A stretch of DNA of 10,693 nt from Campylobacterales bacterium (GTDB taxonomy: Bacteria > Campylobacterota > Campylobacteria > Campylobacterales > Sulfurimonadaceae), in the NCBI GenBank assembly GCA_038205935.1, contig JBBRBK010000067.1:1-10693 (forward strand), read 5' to 3'. The translations under genes and the position numbers were made by a program. The notes under the pieces are model-generated. The model had not been told where the DNA came from, searched no databases, and saw nothing but the letters and a program-made list of their open reading frames with translations. Below, piece by piece: positions 1-7,809 of this stretch (its first letter is position 1; every line of letters starts with the position of its first letter).

Positions 1-55
1 GGATAATGCGTCCCGTAGTTGTCATACGTTTGACCTGTTTATATTCAGAGTTCAT
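1..55 (-). CDS. hydC: 5' end of the Ni/Fe-hydrogenase b-type cytochrome subunit (partial, runs off the left edge)
   Basis: Manual translation from the ATG at 55 gives MNSEYKQVKRMTTTGRII, then a codon starting with C, consistent with the R-x-x-H-W start of the first TM helix of hydrogenase cytochrome b. An RBS (AAGGGGA, 61-67) overlaps the hydB stop. The position matches hydABC order. Confidence 0.75.
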   Translation of the reverse strand, partial: MNSEYKQVKRMTTTGRII

Positions 56-65
56 TATAATCCCC

Positions 66-1844
66 TTAGATACTGCATTGCGTATCTATTTTGTAGACGC
101 CCAACTCTTTACCTTTGGTATCAACTACGTGAACGGCACAAGCGATACAAGGGTCAAAGCTATGAATAGTACGGATAATTTCAAGCGGCTGTTCAGGGTT
201 AGCGACTTTCGTACCGATAAGACTCGCTTCATAAGCACCCATTCTTCCCTTGTAATCACGAGGTGCAGCATTCCAAGTAGAAGGAACAACAGCTTGATAA
301 TTCTCAACTTTTCCATTTTCAATGCGAACCCAGTGACCAAGAGAACCACGAGGTGCTTCAGCGAGACCCATACCTTTTGTTTTGACACTTACTTTATCAA
401 AATCAAATTCTGTCCATGTTCTAAGATCACCAGAAGCCGCATTTTTAGCCAGTTCATCTGCCCACTCAACCATAATATCTGCCATGAGTTCCGTCTCAAC
501 TGCACGCGCTGCAGTTCTACCAACCGTACTAAAAAGCACTGAGATAGGAAGATTACCGCGTTTTAGAAAGTTTGTAACATATTTTGTGATACGTTCATCT
601 TTACGCGCCACACCGATGATCATACGAGCTAAAGGTCCAACCTCAACACGAGTATCGTTGTAGATCGGTGATTTGATCCAGCTGTATTTCTCGCCCGTTT
701 TAAGATATGCAATACCATCAGAACGTTTATCAAGACCTGTATAGTGAGGAATAGTTTGTCCATCATAAGGGTGAAGAGGTTTTTGCCCCTCATACCATGA
801 ATGTGTAACATCTTCAGCTATTTTACTTTGATCAACATCTTGGACTTTAGAGATATCGCCACCATAAACGATACCACTTGGGAAGAGAGTTTTTGCTTTA
901 TAAAAACCTGTGTCATCTAAACGGAAATCTCCATAACTCATATAGTTAAGTAAACCACCGCCAGTTCCACCAACACCTTTGCCTTCCATAAGCTCTGTAA
1001 ATGTCGCTTTTGAATCAGTCGCTTCATCAGCGTACATTGTTCCAGCCATATATACATCAGGAAGATATGCTTCTTTAACAAATTTCGTGCTATCTGCAAG
1101 AAGTTGTTTAAATAGGGCTATACGGGCAGGATTTTCAATATCCTGCACACAAGTCACACCACCAACAACGATAGACTGAGGATGCGGATTTTTACCACCA
1201 AAGATAGCTTGCATCTTTGCCATTTCACGTTGGATATCAAGCGCTTTTAGGTAATGAGCTACACCGATGAGGTTTTGTTCAGGAGTAAGTTTATAATGTT
1301 TATTACCCCAATATCCATTTCCAAATATTCCAAGACGCCCTTGTTTTACAAAGTTTGCCACACGATCTTGTATCGCTTTAAATTCGCCCTCACCATCAGT
1401 ATATGGATTTACTCCAGCAACAGTTGCCCATTTTCTAGCCTCCGCGGCTGTTTTTACAGGATCAGCAGAAAGTGCTGAAACAACATCAACAAAATCAAGC
1501 GCATGAAGATGGTAGAAGTGAACCAAGTGGTCGTGCATATAAAGTGCACCTTGAATAAGGTTACGAACGATACGCGCATTTTTTGGAATAGTTACCCCAA
1601 ATGCATCCTCTACAGCTTCAATCGATCTTTGATAATGAGTTCCTGTACAAACACCACAAATACGCATCGCCAAAAGCCCACAATCACGAGGATCTCTTCC
1701 TTTTAGAATCGTTTCTATTCCACGAAACATCGTAGAAGAACTATAAGCATCTATAATGGTATTATTTTCATCAATAACAGCCTCAATTCTTAAATGCCCC
1801 TCAATACGTGTAATTGGATCTACTACAATATGCTTATTACTCAT
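66..1844 (-). CDS. hydB: Group 1b membrane-bound uptake [NiFe]-hydrogenase large subunit
   Basis: 592 aa with VDPITRIEGHLRIE, L1 motif RICGVC, GKNPHPQ, YSWIKSP, EAPRGSLGHW and VVPSTWN. The L2 motif DPCIACAVH is followed by a 20-aa cleavable tail. The start overlaps the hydA stop (TAATG). Confidence 0.97.
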   Translation of the reverse strand: MSNKHIVVDPITRIEGHLRIEAVIDENNTIIDAYSSSTMFRGIETILKGRDPRDCGLLAMRICGVCTGTHYQRSIEAVEDAFGVTIPKNARIVRNLIQGALYMHDHLVHFYHLHALDFVDVVSALSADPVKTAAEARKWATVAGVNPYTDGEGEFKAIQDRVANFVKQGRLGIFGNGYWGNKHYKLTPEQNLIGVAHYLKALDIQREMAKMQAIFGGKNPHPQSIVVGGVTCVQDIENPARIALFKQLLADSTKFVKEAYLPDVYMAGTMYADEATDSKATFTELMEGKGVGGTGGGLLNYMSYGDFRLDDTGFYKAKTLFPSGIVYGGDISKVQDVDQSKIAEDVTHSWYEGQKPLHPYDGQTIPHYTGLDKRSDGIAYLKTGEKYSWIKSPIYNDTRVEVGPLARMIIGVARKDERITKYVTNFLKRGNLPISVLFSTVGRTAARAVETELMADIMVEWADELAKNAASGDLRTWTEFDFDKVSVKTKGMGLAEAPRGSLGHWVRIENGKVENYQAVVPSTWNAAPRDYKGRMGAYEASLIGTKVANPEQPLEIIRTIHSFDPCIACAVHVVDTKGKELGVYKIDTQCSI

Positions 1845-3076
1845 TACGCTTCTCCCTCATCATCTTTTTTACCACCCACTGCACTAGCTATTGCATGTAT
1901 ACCAATACCGATACCTGCTGCTGTAAGAAGGCCTAGACCAAATTCATCAACAGATTTTTCAACACCGCCTGCTGGTGCTTTTATTTTCGCATTTGCCATT
2001 GGACGCTCATATGCATATTTATCCCAAAAATCAGGCTCAGAACAGCCAATACAACCTCGCCCAACACCGATCGGCCAGTTGACGGCTTCGTTATAACGCA
2101 CAATCGAACAGTTGTTAAAAGTCATAGGACCTTTACATCCCATTTTATAAAGACAAAAGTTATTTTTTGCACCCTCATCGCCCCACTCTTCTACATATTC
2201 ACCAGCATCAAAGTGTGCACGTCTTTCACAGTTATCATGGATTCTATAACCAAATGCAAATTTAGGACGCAATAAAGAATCCAACTCAGGAAGTTGTCCT
2301 GTCAAAACGTAATGCATTACAACACCAACCATATTTATAGGGTTAGCAGGACATGCAGGGATATTTACTAAAGGTTTGCCTTTTACAACATCCATAACTC
2401 CAACAGCTCCAGTAGGATTTGGAGCAGCGGCTGGAATACCGCCGAATGTTGCACATGCACCAACAGCTATTACAGCTGCAGCATCTTTTGAAATACGCAT
2501 CAAGTGATCATAAAATGTCTCACCGCTTGCACCTATAGTTCCATACTGACCATTCATACCCATAGGAATAGAACCCTCAACGAAAAGCAAAAATTTGCCT
2601 TTAAAAGTTTCTATCGCTTCATCAAGCTGTTTTTCCGCCTGAAATCCTGATGCAGCTTGCAATGTTTCGTGATATTCAAGAGAGATGATGTCAAGTACGA
2701 TCTCATCTATTTTTGGTCCATCAGAACGAAGTAATGCTTCTGAATTTCCTGCACAATCTTGAAGTTCTAGCCAGATAACGGGAGCACGATTCATGAGCTC
2801 TGCAGCTTCTGCAACTAAAGGTGAAAACATCGGAGGGAGCATAAGCATTGCTGTTGTGGCACTTACCCACTTCATAAAATCACGTCTATCTACGCCATTG
2901 TCATGTAATAATTCACTAAAATCTAATCTATTAGCAGGTTGTGAAGCACGTAGATCACTTAATCTTGTTTGACATCTCTCAAACAAATCGTTGTAATAAG
3001 ACTCACCTTTGTTTGTCTCAACTCGAGCACTCTTTGAAGTAAACAGTTTCTTTACTCCCTCTATTCTATCTGACAT
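1844..3076 (-). CDS. hydA: Group 1b [NiFe]-hydrogenase small subunit with Tat signal and C-terminal membrane anchor (410 aa from the re-assigned start)
   Basis: Tat motif DRRDFMK; Fe-S motifs DCAGNSE, GAC, PACP, HDNCERR, FCLYKMGCKGP and WPIGVGRGCIGC; C-terminal hydrophobic helix with His (GIGIGIHAIAS). The start was moved from GTG 3109 to ATG 3076 because AAGGAG (3083-3088) lies 6 nt upstream of that ATG. Confidence 0.96.
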   Translation of the reverse strand: MSDRIEGVKKLFTSKSARVETNKGESYYNDLFERCQTRLSDLRASQPANRLDFSELLHDNGVDRRDFMKWVSATTAMLMLPPMFSPLVAEAAELMNRAPVIWLELQDCAGNSEALLRSDGPKIDEIVLDIISLEYHETLQAASGFQAEKQLDEAIETFKGKFLLFVEGSIPMGMNGQYGTIGASGETFYDHLMRISKDAAAVIAVGACATFGGIPAAAPNPTGAVGVMDVVKGKPLVNIPACPANPINMVGVVMHYVLTGQLPELDSLLRPKFAFGYRIHDNCERRAHFDAGEYVEEWGDEGAKNNFCLYKMGCKGPMTFNNCSIVRYNEAVNWPIGVGRGCIGCSEPDFWDKYAYERPMANAKIKAPAGGVEKSVDEFGLGLLTAAGIGIGIHAIASAVGGKKDDEGEA

Positions 3077-3094
3077 CCTCGACTCCTTGTAAAA

Positions 3095-3108
3095 TGAATG
3101 TTCATTCA
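3095..3108. promoter_or_regulatory. Palindromic operator TGAATG-TT-CATTCA upstream of hydA (putative TetR site)
   Basis: Perfect 6-bp arms, extending to TTGTAAAATGAATG-TT-CATTCACTTGACAA (3087-3116, 12 of 14 arm pairs). It lies 6 nt upstream of the hydA RBS and shares its core with the 5922-5935 palindrome. Confidence 0.75.
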
Positions 3109-3117
3109 CTTGACAAC

Positions 3118-3123
3118 ATTTTA
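3118..3123 (-). promoter_or_regulatory. Putative sigma70 -10 element (TAAAAT) for hydABC
   Basis: TAAAAT on the minus strand just upstream of the operator, within AT-rich DNA that has TTTAAG at 3146-3151. No canonical -35 at 17-bp spacing, which is common in Campylobacterota. Confidence 0.4.
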
Positions 3124-3177
3124 AAAGAATTAATCTTCAAAATTGCTTAAATAATAAAAAGTTATATATTAATTTTC

Positions 3178-4437
3178 TTAATGTGTAGTGCAGACGGAAC
3201 AAACATCAAAACTCTTAAACACGAGTTCCGCTATTTCAATATTTTCAAGTCCTATCATTGCCTTTTGTGAGACACCATGATTTTCGTTCACCCCTCCGCA
3301 TAAGTTCCACTGAGTTGGCGTTATAATCTCATAACTTTTGATAAGGGAATCCTCGATAACTACTTTATGGATAAGTGTTCCTCTAGCCGCCTCCACTGCA
3401 GAAGAGCCGCTTGAGTTAAAGCTCGTTATCTCCATTTTTGGTTTTATATATGAGGGTTCACTTAAATCCAACTGCGCAATAAGTGATTTACAATGTAATA
3501 ATAACTGTGAAATTTCACATACTCTTGCCAAGATTCTTGTAAACATACTGTCTGCATATTTTCTATGTGCATCTTTAATGAGTGGAGTTTTTCTTACCAT
3601 TGCGCGAGCCAAAGGACCTACTTCATAATATTTGCCATGATAGTGAACACTTTTAGCAAAAGAGCTTGTCGATGCAGATTCTTCAACATCCGCTAGAGAT
3701 AGATTATGCATCACTCTGGTTTTAATCGATTTTCCTTTGGCAAAATAACTACTTTCTCCAAACACGATAAATCTATCATAACTCTTTCCATACTCCAGCC
3801 AACCATTTGTTTCTATCAGATGAAGGATATCTACCAAATCTCCTTTTTTACTTAAAACACTCATCACATTATCGCAATTTTGTAACATCTGTATATCTAC
3901 ATCAAGCACATTTTTTTCAAAAAATGCAATCGTCTCATCTATATAATGCTCTAGCTTAAGGATATCCATATTAGTGATCTCACAAACAACTCCACCGACA
4001 ATCGCATAAGAAGTATGAGGATATTGACCGCCAAAAAGTGCTATGGCTTTTCCCATCAGTTGAGATGGCGTGACTGCTTTTATGACATCTTGTTTCAATC
4101 CAAAAAGTGGAAAGATCGTCAAGTAAAACCATTTAAAATGATTTTGTATAAGTTCAAAATTAAGTGTCAACTCTCGTATGATCTTTGCTTTGTTTGAGAT
4201 CTCTATTTTCTCATAACAATCTTCTAAAGCTCGCACCGTAGCTATGAGATGTGCATGTCCGCAGATACCGCAGACTCTTGGATTTATGACTAAGGCATCC
4301 AAAGGTGATTTACCTTTTAAAATATCTTCTATGTGACGTGTGGACATAAAATCAACATCTACGTTATCAATTTTGTTATCTTTAAAATGGAAATTGAGTT
4401 TGGCTTCGCCCTCTATTTTTTCTATAAGTTTAATCAT
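3178..4437 (-). CDS. Cytoplasmic group 2 (2d-type, HuaL/HupL-like) [NiFe]-hydrogenase large subunit
   Basis: Compact 419 aa protein with KIEGEA, L1 motif PRVCGICGHAH, GGQYPH, EVGPLAR, EAARGTLIH and ITPTQWN. The L2 motif DVCSVCTTH is followed directly by the stop codon. Confidence 0.92.
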   Translation of the reverse strand: MIKLIEKIEGEAKLNFHFKDNKIDNVDVDFMSTRHIEDILKGKSPLDALVINPRVCGICGHAHLIATVRALEDCYEKIEISNKAKIIRELTLNFELIQNHFKWFYLTIFPLFGLKQDVIKAVTPSQLMGKAIALFGGQYPHTSYAIVGGVVCEITNMDILKLEHYIDETIAFFEKNVLDVDIQMLQNCDNVMSVLSKKGDLVDILHLIETNGWLEYGKSYDRFIVFGESSYFAKGKSIKTRVMHNLSLADVEESASTSSFAKSVHYHGKYYEVGPLARAMVRKTPLIKDAHRKYADSMFTRILARVCEISQLLLHCKSLIAQLDLSEPSYIKPKMEITSFNSSGSSAVEAARGTLIHKVVIEDSLIKSYEIITPTQWNLCGGVNENHGVSQKAMIGLENIEIAELVFKSFDVCSVCTTH

Positions 4438-5311
4438 CTAATAACTTCTTTTGTAATCTATCTATTGTAAAGGCCTTCGTAATTCCCGCGAGTGTTAAAT
4501 ATACTCGCTTATTTACGCCAACTGGTAGAAATTCTGGAATACCCATATTCTTTTTCGTACTAAAAAGATTTTGTTTTGGAAAGCTCGGTTCAGTACATCC
4601 CATACATGGAAGCCCTGCTCTTGTCTTAGAGTTTACCTCGTTCCAAAGTATCTTGTTACAGCTTCCATGTGTAAAAGGGCCTTGACAACCATGATCGTAA
4701 AACATACATCCCTCAAGTTCACCAAAGTGATGATTATCTACTTTATACTCAAAATATTCATTTCTCGTACATCCATTGTGTACGGTATATGCAAAATATT
4801 CTTTAGGTCTTAAATAAGCATCGAGCTTTAAATCTAACCCTTTTTTTATGGCATAAAGAGTATTTACTAAGGTTTCTGGATGGATCGGACAGCCAGAAAT
4901 TGAAATGGTTTTTTCAAGAAGATCATTAAACTTCTCTGTACGCTTCTCTTCTCTAAAGTGCAAACCGGAAACATTTTTATAATGGCTTTCTTTAAAGATA
5001 CCGCCAAAAGTGGCGCATGTTCCTACGGTAACTATCTTGGAGACTATATTTGAATATTTTTTAATGATGTCAATACCTAAAACATCTGCTTTTATAAAAT
5101 CATCTGCGATAGCACCCTCAATGAGTAAAATATCACAAGCAATATCTTGCGAAATAATATCTCCTAAAGAGTACTCAGAATCGATAATGGGATGATATAT
5201 AAATTCAAAATCATTCAAGAACTGTTCTAAGTGAGGATAGTTTAAAAAAGAGTGAGTATTGCCATTGCAGGTCATCAAACCAAGCCATAGAATCTTCACT
5301 TTTGTTTTCAT
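4430..5311 (-). CDS. Cytoplasmic group 2 (2d-type, HuaS/HupS-like) [NiFe]-hydrogenase small subunit
   Basis: 293 aa with no Tat signal or TM anchor. Motifs TCNGNTHS, GTCATFGG, SGCP, HNGCTRNEYF, GCMFYDHGCQGP and PCMGCTEP. Overlaps the large subunit gene by 8 nt. Confidence 0.92.
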   Translation of the reverse strand: MKTKVKILWLGLMTCNGNTHSFLNYPHLEQFLNDFEFIYHPIIDSEYSLGDIISQDIACDILLIEGAIADDFIKADVLGIDIIKKYSNIVSKIVTVGTCATFGGIFKESHYKNVSGLHFREEKRTEKFNDLLEKTISISGCPIHPETLVNTLYAIKKGLDLKLDAYLRPKEYFAYTVHNGCTRNEYFEYKVDNHHFGELEGCMFYDHGCQGPFTHGSCNKILWNEVNSKTRAGLPCMGCTEPSFPKQNLFSTKKNMGIPEFLPVGVNKRVYLTLAGITKAFTIDRLQKKLLDD

Positions 5312-5313
5312 GG

Positions 5314-5901
5314 TTATGCGCTTAGAGCTTTATATATGTTATCTGATACATCATCTACGTATTCATTGAGTGCTTTTGGCAGTACTTTTTCACCTTGTAA
5401 AAATACCATACCACCTAAATAACCCATAAAAAGTCCAAATGCACTAAAAAAATCTTGATCTCTAAGATCTCCGCATTTGACTCCCTCTTCAAAATAGATC
5501 ATGATCTCCATCACAAAATCGTTGACACATATCATACCTTCACAACCATCTTTAAACACTTCTCTCGTTGAAAGATAGATTCTTAAAAAATAGTCTAGCA
5601 TCTCTGGTTTTACTATAGCTGTCTGAAAATAGATCTCGACAATCTTTCTTGTTTTTTCTCTTGTTGAGATCTCTTGTTCATTAATAGCTTTAATTTTTTT
5701 TCCAAAATATGAAGATACAAATTTGATAATCTCTCTTGCAAGAAGATCTTTGGATTTAAAGTAGTTATACATATTCCCCACACTCATCTTTAAAGAGAGT
5801 GCAATATCTGGAATAGTTGTATTATAAAAACCCTTTGAAGCAAAAAGACCCAGTGATGCCAACATTATCTGTTCTTTTTTTTGCTGTTTTTTATCAGTCA
5901 A
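5314..5901 (-). CDS. TetR/AcrR-family transcriptional regulator
   Basis: N-terminal HTH LFASKGFYNTTIPDIALSLKMSVGNMYNYFKSKD. TTG start with AAAGGAAG (5910-5917) upstream. Only 2 nt separate it from the next gene. Confidence 0.93.
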   Translation of the reverse strand: MTDKKQQKKEQIMLASLGLFASKGFYNTTIPDIALSLKMSVGNMYNYFKSKDLLAREIIKFVSSYFGKKIKAINEQEISTREKTRKIVEIYFQTAIVKPEMLDYFLRIYLSTREVFKDGCEGMICVNDFVMEIMIYFEEGVKCGDLRDQDFFSAFGLFMGYLGGMVFLQGEKVLPKALNEYVDDVSDNIYKALSA

Positions 5902-5921
5902 AATATTTACTTCCTTTATAA

Positions 5922-5935
5922 TGAATAATTATTCA
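5922..5935. promoter_or_regulatory. Perfect 14-bp palindrome TGAATAATTATTCA upstream of tetR (putative autoregulatory operator)
   Basis: Fully self-complementary. It sits between the -10 element and the RBS, covering the expected transcription start. Confidence 0.78.
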
Positions 5936-5937
5936 GT

Positions 5938-5966
5938 ATTGTATCAATAATTCTAAATATTAGCAA
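5938..5966 (-). promoter_or_regulatory. Putative sigma70 promoter for tetR and the group 2d hydrogenase genes: TTGCTA-N17-TACAAT with extended -10 TG
   Basis: On the minus strand: -35 TTGCTA (5961-5966), a 17-nt spacer, and TGaTACAAT (5938-5946). Confidence 0.65.
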
Positions 5967-5970
5967 TTAT

Positions 5971-6381
5971 TTATACAATTAAGAAAGAGGTAACTTTATC
6001 AATACATTTGTAATATTTCTGAGTATCTTCAATCATTTCAAAGTTACATGTAAGCATAGAACAGATGGAATAATCGACTTTTTTCTCATACACATCTCGC
6101 ATCAGAGCCATAAGTATCTGTGGCTGGATATGATGGCTGAGATTTGAGCCGTTTTTTAAAATGGAACAAGCGAGGGCATAATGATTTTCTTCGTCATAAC
6201 AAGCATCCACAAAAATGATCTCATCGGCGTCTAACATCTCTAAGATCAGTTCTGGAGTGAGACAAAACGCGCTGATAAGTTTGATATCTTCCCGGGTAAA
6301 GGATTGAAGTTTTTTAATAACTTCTAACCCAAAGCCATCTTCTCCTCGAAGCTCATTCCCATAACCGATGATGACTTTCAA
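5971..6381 (-). CDS. hoxW: Hydrogenase maturation endopeptidase (HoxW-like)
   Basis: 136 aa, TTG start; motifs IIGYGNELRGEDGFG, LTPEL, IIFVDA and SHH. It follows hoxH, whose product has a cleavable tail. Confidence 0.85.
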   Translation of the reverse strand: MKVIIGYGNELRGEDGFGLEVIKKLQSFTREDIKLISAFCLTPELILEMLDADEIIFVDACYDEENHYALACSILKNGSNLSHHIQPQILMALMRDVYEKKVDYSICSMLTCNFEMIEDTQKYYKCIDKVTSFLIV

Positions 6382-6384
6382 AGA

Positions 6385-7809
6385 TCAGTTTCTCGCAAAT
6401 ATTTTGATGATCTCTTTATTATGGTCACGCAGCTCTATTTGTGAAGAGATGATCCCAAGTGCGTGAGTCGAACAGCTCAAACATGGGTCAAAACAACGTA
6501 TAACCGCCTCTACACGGTTGAGCGCTCCGTCTGTGATGTTTGCCGGATCTATAAACGCTTGAGCAACTTGCTTCACTCCAGCGTTCATCGCAAGATTATT
6601 ATTCCCCGTGGCGATGATGAGATTTACTTTTTCTATGATGCCGTTGTGATCGACTTCATAATCATGAAAAAGAGTTCCGCGAGGTGCTTCGGAGCATCCG
6701 ACACCTCTGCTTGCATTTATCTTTCCTCTTGCAACAATATTATCGCTCTGTGTATCTTCATCTCTTAAAAGTTGTTTTATTTTTTCGATACTGTAAATAA
6801 TCTCAATAATTCTTGCATAATGATAGTAAAAAGAGTTTTGAACAGGTTTACCCTTCCCGAGAGCTTTAAAGTTTTTGAATTCCTCATCTGCAAGTGGCGT
6901 ACCGCATTTTGTAGCGACATTGAGTCTAGCGAGTGGCCCGACTCTATACATACCTTGCGGATATCCAAGCGGTTTATAGTATGGAGATTTTAGAAAGCTG
7001 TCATCTTCGACCGCCTCGCCTATAAACTCTTTATAGTTTTGCGGATCGATAGCTTCGTTTAAAATATTGCCCTCACTGTCGATAAAACGAAGCACTCCAT
7101 CATAATGCTCCAAACTTCCATCTTCACCCACAAGTGCCATAAATAGTGATGGAAAGCTGGCAAAATTGTCTATCTCTTTTTGAAATTTATGAAGATTTTC
7201 TTTAAAATATTTGAGTGTATTTTGTGCGATCTCTAACGCTCTTGGAATCTGGCTTAAAATCTGCTCTTTTGTCTCACCATGTAAGGCTTGACTCACTCCT
7301 CCGGGAACGATTCCCGTTGGATGGATTCTTTTTCCTGCAAGGGATTCTATAATCTTTTGTCCAAAGGCACGAAGTTCTATCCCATCTTTTGCCATTTGCG
7401 GATGAGTTTGCATCAGTTTAAAGATATTTCTATCCTCTTTTGGTGCATCAAAACCATACACAAAATCGGGACTACTTAAATGGTAAAAATTGAGCGTATG
7501 GGATTGAATGATTTGTGCGAGGTTGACTATTTTTCTTATATTGATAGCCGCTTTTGGAGGCGTAACATTTAAAAGCACGTCGCATGCCTTTGAAGCAGAG
7601 ATGACATGACTTACAGGACAAATACCGCAAGTTCGAGCCGTAAGAGCAGGCATGTCTGTATAAACCCTTCCTTCACAGAACTTTTCAAACCCTCGATATT
7701 GCGTTACATGTAAGCGTGCATCTTCTACGCTTCCATCTTCATTTAGATCTATCGTTATCTTTGCATGACCCTCTATTCGAGTGACAGGATCGATGGTGAT
7801 TGTTTTCAT
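6385..7809 (-). CDS. hoxH: Group 3d bidirectional [NiFe]-hydrogenase large subunit
   Basis: 474 aa with IDPVTRIEGHAKI, RGFEKF, L1 motif RTCGICPVSH, YRVGPLARLN and EAPRGTLFH. The L2 motif DPCLSCSTH is followed by a 25-aa tail. Confidence 0.96.
   Translation of the reverse strand: MKTITIDPVTRIEGHAKITIDLNEDGSVEDARLHVTQYRGFEKFCEGRVYTDMPALTARTCGICPVSHVISASKACDVLLNVTPPKAAINIRKIVNLAQIIQSHTLNFYHLSSPDFVYGFDAPKEDRNIFKLMQTHPQMAKDGIELRAFGQKIIESLAGKRIHPTGIVPGGVSQALHGETKEQILSQIPRALEIAQNTLKYFKENLHKFQKEIDNFASFPSLFMALVGEDGSLEHYDGVLRFIDSEGNILNEAIDPQNYKEFIGEAVEDDSFLKSPYYKPLGYPQGMYRVGPLARLNVATKCGTPLADEEFKNFKALGKGKPVQNSFYYHYARIIEIIYSIEKIKQLLRDEDTQSDNIVARGKINASRGVGCSEAPRGTLFHDYEVDHNGIIEKVNLIIATGNNNLAMNAGVKQVAQAFIDPANITDGALNRVEAVIRCFDPCLSCSTHALGIISSQIELRDHNKEIIKIFARN

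Noticed and set aside
1..65. Apparent absence of a HydD protease and hyp maturation genes
   Set aside because: The operon runs off the left edge at hydC, where these genes usually follow, so their absence cannot be claimed.
6..542. 178-aa plus-strand ORF and the other short antisense or alternate-frame ORFs (e.g. 9722-10204, 1794-2096, 6463-6768, 125-388)
   Set aside because: They overlap well-supported hydrogenase genes and show no recognisable motifs, so they are most likely shadow ORFs.
3077..3109. ORF-track start of hydA at GTG 3109 (MNEHSFYKESR extension)
   Set aside because: It has no RBS and lies within the extended palindrome, whereas ATG 3076 has AAGGAG at 6-nt spacing.
3121..3177. 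Weak AT-rich inverted repeats (AAGA-ATTAA-TCTT; AAAAGTTA-TATAT-TAATTTT) as a terminator or NikR/FNR-type site
   Set aside because: They are imperfect and expected by chance in very AT-rich DNA, with no stable GC stem and no good match to known consensus sites.
3178..3207. Large subunit ending at CTTH as a possible truncation or pseudogene
   Set aside because: All four Ni-Fe Cys ligands and the terminal His are intact; tail-less C-termini are normal for several group 2 enzymes.
5258..5269. CNGN proximal motif in the group 2d small subunit
   Set aside because: CxxN is a known trait of group 2a/2d-like small subunits and is not unusual here.
66..7809. Selenocysteine ([NiFeSe]) variants or recoding
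   Set aside because: All three large subunits have ordinary Cys in their L1 and L2 motifs, and the reading frames are uninterrupted.
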